Source of the DNA: Octopus sinensis
Lineage: Eukaryota
Length of the DNA stretch: 64,000 nt
Direction of reading: 5' to 3'
Assembly (NCBI RefSeq): GCF_006345805.1
Contig: NC_043002.1
Span: forward strand, 1,736,001 to 1,800,000
Part shown: one piece after another, positions 56,331 through 64,000 of the stretch
Layout of the letters: every line of letters starts with the position of its first letter
How positions within the stretch are numbered: position 1 is the first letter of the stretch
The notes under the pieces: generated by a model
Databases searched by the model: none
What the model saw: only the letters and a program-made list of their open reading frames with translations
What the model was told of the DNA's origin: nothing
Translations under genes and position numbers: made by a program

Positions 56331-56982
56331 CTTAACACCCAAACATTTACTGTCAATTATTAGCTTCGTATGCCACGTTGTCAGGTAAAATTTAGTACAA
56401 CATACATTTAACGAAATAATTTAAACAGAAATGAAAATCGTTGATTTATACATTAAAAAGAGAGAAAAATGTAAGGGCGATCCTAAGGCTTATTAACCTG
56501 TTTCTACCACTTTACATTTCAATACAATATTTGTTAACGCTTCGCTGTTAATTCTGCCACGGCTCTGCATCAGTGAACGACACTGTAGTTTACTAAATTT
56601 AGTTTTACGCACTCAGTGGTCTCTCATGTCGCCACACATTATGGTGTCATCTTTATGAACAGCCTTACTAGCCATAGAGACGGTGGCGGTGGTGGCGGTG
56701 GTGGTGGTAGTGATAGGAGAATTTATAGGTAGTAGTAGTAGTAGTAGTAATGTGTGGTGGTAGAAGGCCAGCAGATTCTTTAATGAAAATAATCGAAGTA
56801 ATTTCATGGAAACGTTGACGAGAATTCAGTTTAATTTTTATATATTAGTCGCAGGATATTCCAGGTGATTTCATTGGAATTTCTCGGCACTCGCAATTAA
56901 TCTTAATGAACTGTTGAATAAACGATTATTTGAAATCACATTTAAAATTTAGAAACCATTACTCACTCTTTCTGACATCTTG

Positions 56983-57239
56983 TCTTAACGATCATTAATT
57001 CTGTTTAAATGATTTAATTGTCATTTTCAAACACCTCTGTTGAAATTTCACCACTATCAACGCATACATAAAATTCTATTTAATTTCAGAAGTCAATACT
57101 ACAAGATTGTCTCTTAACGATCATTAATTTTGTTTAAATGATTTAATTGTCATTTTCAAACATGTCCGCTGAAATTTCATCAATATCAATACATACATAA
57201 AATTTCTATTATGTCACAAGTCAAAAATGCGAGATTGTC
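56983..57239. repeat. 129-bp tandem duplication (2 units)
   Basis: TCTTAACGATCATTAATT starts at 56983 and 57112; both units end GATTGTC. Confidence 0.85.
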
Positions 57240-57860
57240 AGTAAAATTTCCTGTAAGTTGAAGGATAACAAATTTAAATTGTCAAGCGTATAGTGAGATT
57301 AAATATATTAAACTATAGTTTTACAAAATATTAGCGTTTCAATAATATTCACGGACTGGAACTGACAACTTATGTGCGGAAGACATCAAGGAAAATTTAA
57401 ACTAATAAACTCTAATAGCAGTTCTGTCAAATATCCGAAGTTCATATCACCAAAAGGGGTTAGTAATATGATTAGTATCGGTTTTAACTCAGTCTTTCTT
57501 TGCACTGCTATGCACTGGGAAACTCTAGTTAAATATTTATAAGCTATTATGGATTGTAGAATACTTTCCACAATTAAATTGATCCTGATGTATCAATATC
57601 GAAATATATGAAAGGATTCGAATCGTTCAATACTGTAAGCATTATAAACAAACAGTTTCACAGACGAAGCTATATTGCTATGATACATAGGAAAGTAGAA
57701 TGGCGTATTTCTCTTTGCATAAAGCAGCTGATGGAGTCGGTGCCAATATTTTACATGAAAACTGGCAGAAATAGAATGTAGAACGCTTTCCTAATCTCAA
57801 GGGTATTATTCACGGATTGGCTGCTACACTATCAACAAGTTTCTAAAATTCCTCCTTTTT

Positions 57861-57962
57861 AGGTGCAGGCATTGCAGTGTGGTGAAGGAGCTCGCTTTCC
57901 AATCGTGTGGTCTCGAGTTCGGTCCCACTGTGTGGTGCTTGAGGCACATGTCTTCTACAATA
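57861..57962 (+). mobile_element. SINE family A, 5' part, degenerate
   Basis: AGGTGCAGGCATTGCAGTGTGGT..GAGTTCGGTCCCACTGTGTGG. Confidence 0.55.
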
Positions 57963-58012
57963 CGATGGTGTGTTGGAATATTCATAGGCTGACTCTGAAG
58001 AACAAATGCTAG

Positions 58013-58398
58013 CAGAGCCGGATTTATAGCGGTGTGGAAGAGGCAATTGCTCCGGGCGTCGAGATATTGTGGTGGGGGCCCTGCTAGGAAGAGTATGTAG
58101 CACCCAATACAGCAAGCCCCGCCACTCTTAGCAATCAGGCATGAAGACGCCCATTTTCAATATACAAAGATGACTTGACTTCTTAAAAAATGTAATGGAT
58201 TCTGTTTTAGGATACATACACATAGATTTTGCCACTTTACAGACACCAAATAAATGAATTAAAAAAACCCAGTTTATACCCAGTCCCAAAGCACTTTCCC
58301 GACAACAGAGAAAAGGGAAACAGCAGAAAACTCTTGAAAATGTATGTATGTATTTGTGAGTGTGTGTGTGTGTGTGTGCGTGTGTGTGTGTGTGTTAG

Positions 58399-58439
<41 letters not shown>

Positions 58440-59624
58440 GTGGAGAGATTGATAGAAAAAAGTAATTGTCTCTTGGCCAAATTCTTTCTTTCAATGCATG
58501 ACGCACACATTTCTACTTCTAAACTTATTTCAGTCAGGCTTTGAAAAACTGGTCTAATTTTATGAAGCAAGGAAGTAAAGAAAACTTTTGAATTTCGCTT
58601 CAATTATAAAATTACATCTCTCAACAGCGAAAAGCATTCTTTTTCAGTTTTAGAATTATTGCATGTATATTTAAATGTTTCATTAAATCGAACCTTTTTT
58701 CCTTTTTATTTTTTCATATATTTTTCGTAATTCTGTTTTAACATTTGGAAATTACTATATGGAAGTGGGGCAAAATTAGTAACTAGGTCAAAATCAATAA
58801 TTTCTGATTTCTTGTTATTTTCTCTCGTTTTTGCACCATTGTATTATCTTTGGGAGTAAAATTTGGTCAGTATAGTTTAAATAGTTGAGAGTTAGAGACA
58901 TAGGTGACAGGTACTATTTTCAAGAAATTTTTCCTCAAATAGAGCCGATTGTAATTGAAGAAGCTGATAAATTATTTGGATAGCTTTTGGCGAAGAAGCT
59001 AGAGTGAAGAACGAATCAACAATATTTTAGGTTGAGTTTTTAGATTTATTTGAGTTTCATTAATTTCATATTATGAGCGATTTTTCCACAATCCTCTTTC
59101 ATTTGACCACGATATTTTAAATTTTGTTGTATTTCTCATGTCTAACGATGGATGTTTATGCGTATTTACCTTGTCTTGCCTTACCTATTTTGCACCGCCT
59201 AAATATGTCTTTTATATGCTCAAAGAGAACAGTGATAATGTTCTGAAATAGTGTGCTGAATATGTTATAGGTTTCACTGCATTTAGAGAAGGTCTTTACA
59301 TCGCTGATATTGATTTGAGAAGGTAGTGAGCATTTGTTAAAATATAGTTTCTTCAAGGTCAAAAATGCTGTAACTATTATTCATTGTGTCCCACCTACTC
59401 TTACTGGAAACTGGAAAAGCAGACCCTCGGAAACAGTTGATTGAATTACCCACCTTTTGACGGGGTTTCCCCGCTTTAATTTTTTTTGTTTTTTTTTGTT
59501 TTTTTCACGAATTGTAAAACAATGAAGAGAAGCCGTTTTAAAAGAAAAATTTTTAAAACTCATGACTTTGAAATGTTGGTTTTTCACTCCACCTCTCTCT
59601 CTTTTTCGCTCTCTCTCACGCTCT

Positions 59625-59657
<33 letters not shown>

Positions 59658-60050
59658 ACACGCATGCACACACACACGCACACACACGCACGCACACACA
59701 CTCATCATGCCTTTGGAACAGCAGCAACCACAAAAATGATTTCTGAAACATATGTAACTCATATTAAAAGAAAAGTTCTTACCCCCCCTTTTCCCTCCTT
59801 CATTATACTTTTCACAATGAAGGAAAAGTCAGACATCACAAGTGAATGTGTGAAAAACGAAATTTAAATCTAGAAAAAAACTGTATCTATAAAGCGACAT
59901 TTTCAGTCATTTATTTAAACTTCCTTTGCTAACTCAACAAATGTGTTTTGTGATTTAAATTTGGTAATTTTCTAAGATTTTAATTCTTGTGTACAAGGGT
60001 CCCACCGAACTTGAAGTGACCCGAGCCCCCGTGGATTAAATCCGGTCTTG
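58013..60050. mobile_element. Non-autonomous hAT-like element (about 2 kb)
   Basis: TIRs CAGAGCCGGATTTA and CAAGACCGGATTTA (11/14). 8-bp flanks AATGCTAG and GATGCTAA (6/8). GGGCCC-like subterminal motifs. No transposase recognised. Confidence 0.55.
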
Positions 60051-60170
60051 GATGCTAAGACTGGGAATTCTTGCATGCATTAATTTCAGCCAGTCTTATT
60101 AAGAGCTGCATTGTTTCTCTCCAGGTAAACTGACAGCTGACTATTCAAAGGAACTTTCAAAGGTAACTTG

Positions 60171-61085
60171 AATATGGCCGATATGATGTTATCAAGAACC
60201 GACGGAGTAAGTGTTTAACCCCCAAGGATATTCATGAAGTTATGCTTGCTACATTAGAGGTTGATGTTGCAACTTTATCAAAAGTGCAAAATGAGCAGCT
60301 TAATTTAGGGGCCGAGAGAAGAGTCTGGAAGATGATACAAGGTTTGAACGTCCTGCAACAGCCACCACCGATGACCAACATTAATCATGTTCACCACAAT
60401 CTGTCGGGTAACTGGCGATTGACTATAAATGAAACAGCCAACGCTATTAGCATATCTAATACTTAATCAAAAGCACACCAGGTTGATCACATCACAGAAG
60501 AATCTGACATTGTTTGAGGCAGATCCAACTGGTTTCCTTGAATGTTTCTAAGCCAGGATGAGTGTTGGCTGCATCATGTTGGACCAAAGACAAAGAGACA
60601 ATCTGTGCAGGGGAAATACCCTTTCTCACCTGTTCCAAAGAAGAGCAAGGTCGTTTCATCTGCAAGGAACGTGATGGACTCGATTGTTTGGGATGCAAAA
60701 GGCATCGTGTTTATTGAATGCCTTCAAAAAGGCCGCACCATCAATGGAGAGTACTAAGTCATCTTGCAGAGACAATTTCGAAAGGCTACCAAGACAAAAG
60801 GCCCAGGGAAACCGACGAAAGGAGTCCTGCTTCATCAGGACAATGCTCCAGCACACAAATCCATTCTTGGTTTCAATAGTGTCTGTACGTGGCTGTGTCT
60901 TTGAACTGGTTGATTACCTTCGTTCTGCTCCTGATTCGGCCCAATCTGGCTATCTCCAACCTGAAAAGACACTTGGCCAGGGACCAGTACTGCAGTCATG
61001 ATGACGTCATATCTGCTGTTGATGACTTTTTTAGTAACAGGATGAAAGCTTCTCACCAATGGGATCCAAACACTGCAACACTGAT
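60171..61085 (+). mobile_element. mariner (DD34D-type) transposase pseudogene
   Basis: LTPKDIH, EDDTRFERPAT, SQDECWLHH, VWDAKGIVFIECLQKGRTINGEY, LLHQDNAPAH, DDVISAVDDFF; multiple frameshifts. Confidence 0.85.
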
Positions 61086-62773
61086 AGAAGCATGGAATTC
61101 CATTTGGTTACATTCCATGAGGGTATCTTGGTCAGACTATGAAATTTTCCGCCTATCCTCGACCAATGTCTTTGAGTTTGATTTGATGGACGGAAACTGG
61201 ACCAGACTTAAAAATAAGCATAGGGTTTGATGTGTTCGACTAAAACTTCTCAAGACACTGCCACAGAATGGCTGCAGTCCAATGACTGAAGCATGTGAAA
61301 ATAAATGATAAAGATATCAAACCGTTCAGAGAAACGAAACATATTCAATCAATAAGATAGTATTTTACATATTTTTATTCCCTGCACACATATTTTGGAA
61401 AAGTTTTCTCTCGCCGAGTATCAGAGAGAAATCTGAGTAATTTTATCACCTGCCAAGAATGATCTTGTAATTTATTTTCCAGTTGAATTGCTTAAAAAAT
61501 ACAAAAAACAAAAACCTTTTGGCGGAAAAATAAATCAACATGTTCTATTAAAAACTAAAAACATCCAGTGTAGAGAAAATCAGTTATTTTTAATAGTATT
61601 TATTTCAGAAGCAGAGAGTGAATAACAAGACTAAATATACAAGAAAAAAGAAATTGAAGCAACTCTTCGCAAACAATTTGAAAAACGGTCAAATACCTTG
61701 AATGGGTGTTCTATTGAAGAAATTTAGAATCGACGAAAGCAATTAATCTAATAGACTGCGTGCAGTTCTCGTATTGCAGCAGAGGGCATTTAAGGAAACG
61801 TCTCAAGAAATTTTCCTCCCTTTGAAAAATGATCACACTCGAGTTCAAAGAGAAAGGTTTCACATTTCGTAATTCGGAATCTGCTGTTTGCGTCACTAAT
61901 TGCTTAGAGTGAGTCACTCCCGAAAGAAATGGTCAACAGATATTCCTTAACATTGCGAAAGTCTTTCGCAAGAGATCGATACAAACAAGACAGTAATTCC
62001 ATCTCAAGGAAACAATCTCCTATTTGTATAAATTTGGACAAATGCCCACTGGTAAAAGTCGATGCTTCCCTATTTCGTCTTTAGCTGTGGTGGGGGTAAA
62101 TATTAAGATAGGAAAGTCAGCCTTAACATTTGAAGAATTTACCAAATGTGAATGAAAAAAACAAAATGATCGCTATATGATAAAAAATAAACTACCAGCA
62201 GCGTCAAAATGTTTCATTTAGTAGATCTACCAAGGATGATATCAAACTTGTCTGTAAATTGCAATGGCCAAGTATATGGAAGAGGCCGTGTAAAAATATA
62301 TGGAAAGCAATAAGATTTGAAAGGGTTTGCTTTCTTTACTAAACGAAAATAAAGAAGCAGAAGAACCAAGATTCATCTTAAAAGCAGATGTCGTTGAAAG
62401 AACAATCCAATGTCCGGCTTTATTGTAATCAAGACTCATCAAAGTGTTGCTAATCACCGAAAAGTTTAGAGGACAATAATCAAAGTTAATGTAATTATTA
62501 TGTAAGATGTTACAAAACCCAGAAATGAAATTATAAAGGGGAAGAGGAAGAGAGAAAGAGAAACAAACAAGAAGTAGCTCAGTGATTTGTGGTTCTGTTG
62601 AAGGCTTTTGCTATCATCGATCAAGTGATTAACCATGGATGTAGTTGCGGAACGTTTTAGAGATTTTGAAACAAAAGACGAATGATATTTTCCTCAGAAA
62701 TAGGAAAATCATCCAGGATAAGAATCCCATTAAAAAAAAACAACAAAGAAATAAATTACAAAACCAAGCTGTA

Positions 62774-63636
62774 CGAGGTGTAGTCAAAAAGTTTCCCACC
62801 TTTGGCCAAAAAACAACAACTAATATTTAAAACAAACTCACCATTTTGATTTAGTCCCCTTCAAAGTATTCGCCTTGGGCGTCTGCACACTGCTACAAGC
62901 GTTCCTACCACTGCTGGAAACATTTCTAGAAATCCCTTTTTGTGATTCTGTAGAGCTGTGCTGTCCAGTTTTGTTTAATGTCCTGTGTTCACTCAAATCT
63001 TCTCCGTTTCAGTGATTTTTGAGCTTTGAGAATAGCTAAAAGTCACACGGAGCCAAGTCTGGGGAGTAGGAAGACTGACGAACAAGCTATGTGCTGTGCT
63101 TGACGAGGAATGCTTGGAAGATGTGGGCGGAGTCAGCGGGTGCGTTGTCATGGTGGAATTTCCAGTTCTTCGCTGCGCACAGGTCCGGTCGTTTTTGCCG
63201 CACAGCTTCACGAAGACGACGAAGAACCCGCAGGTAGTATTCTTTGTTAATTGTCTGACCTTGTGGTGCATATTCATGGCTCACTGTCCACTGAGGTGCG
63301 ACCGTCTTTGCACCGGTTGACCACTCCTTTATTTGTGTTTTTCCCAAAGTATCATCTCCAAAAGCCTTCTGAATCTTCTCGACGGCAGACTTTGATACAG
63401 TATCTTTTTCTTCAATGCTCTCGGTCATCTTGACTCAAAAAGAAAAAAATCGCACAGCATATTCTACACATCTGTATCTTCTCGCGCGTCACTGAGGGCG
63501 AAAGGCGCAACATACAGACACGAAGACTTTTGCGTGTGTTCAGGAAGGATGCGGCCACCTAGTACCCAAGTGGATTTTGCTCACGCATTATTTTGTGTAA
63601 ACAATTCAAGGTCGGATACATTCTAACTGTACCTCG
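62774..63636 (-). mobile_element. Internally deleted mariner element (863 bp)
   Basis: Degenerate 28-bp TIRs CGAGGT..ACCT (21/28), TA on the left. The HTH part (AFGDDTLGKTQIKEW) is fused to EYAPQGQTINKEYY..HHDNAPA, then PPTPQTWL (frameshifted PYSPDLAP region). Confidence 0.85.
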
Positions 63637-64000
63637 CATAAGGCTTTGGTATTCCAGTCGTTATAAGGCCGATATTCGCAAGTAATGTTTTCCAAGCAAG
63701 ACAATACTCGTGTGTAATCCATATCCGTGGGAAGATTAGATCTCGACATTACGATTTAACGAAATGGTTATCAATCACATTATGCTACAAACATTGCTTA
63801 TCTGGGAATCAGAGTTGCTTTCTGAAAGTCTGAAATGAAAATATCTCTACAAACAAGCTCCTGTAATGTGAAATGAAATTTTTCCGAGAAGACAAATGCC
63901 TTTCTATCAGCTTAATTAGTTATCAGGGATCTGATTAGCATTTCTTTATTAGAACTCGATGCCCGTGAACGAGTAACATCGTATGAGCGTAGAAAACACA

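Overview
AT-rich, microsatellite-dense eukaryotic DNA in which I can find no host gene; it is probably intergenic or intronic. The SINE repertoire resembles what I recall from octopus genomes (inference, not database-checked). The dominant feature is seven closely related copies (A-G) of a single-ORF RT + restriction-like-endonuclease (REL) non-LTR retrotransposon of R4/Dong type. Every copy sits in an (AAT)n tract, and four form a near head-to-tail array at 34.5-43.6 kb. One copy is full-length but mutated (C), four are 5'-truncated (A, B, E, G), and two are internally deleted 5'+3' fusions (D, F). D and F share the same left breakpoint, which suggests a reproducible route to non-autonomous derivatives. 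Also present: older decayed R4/Dong-like fragments, a CR1-type LINE with its 5' part inverted, Penelope-like remnants with minimal hammerhead-ribozyme motifs, RTE fragments, mariner/Tc1, MULE, a hAT-like element, a 152-bp hairpin MITE, and several SINE families. Family and clade names come from motif recognition by eye. Boundaries of decayed elements are approximate, and single-base frameshifts could be assembly errors.
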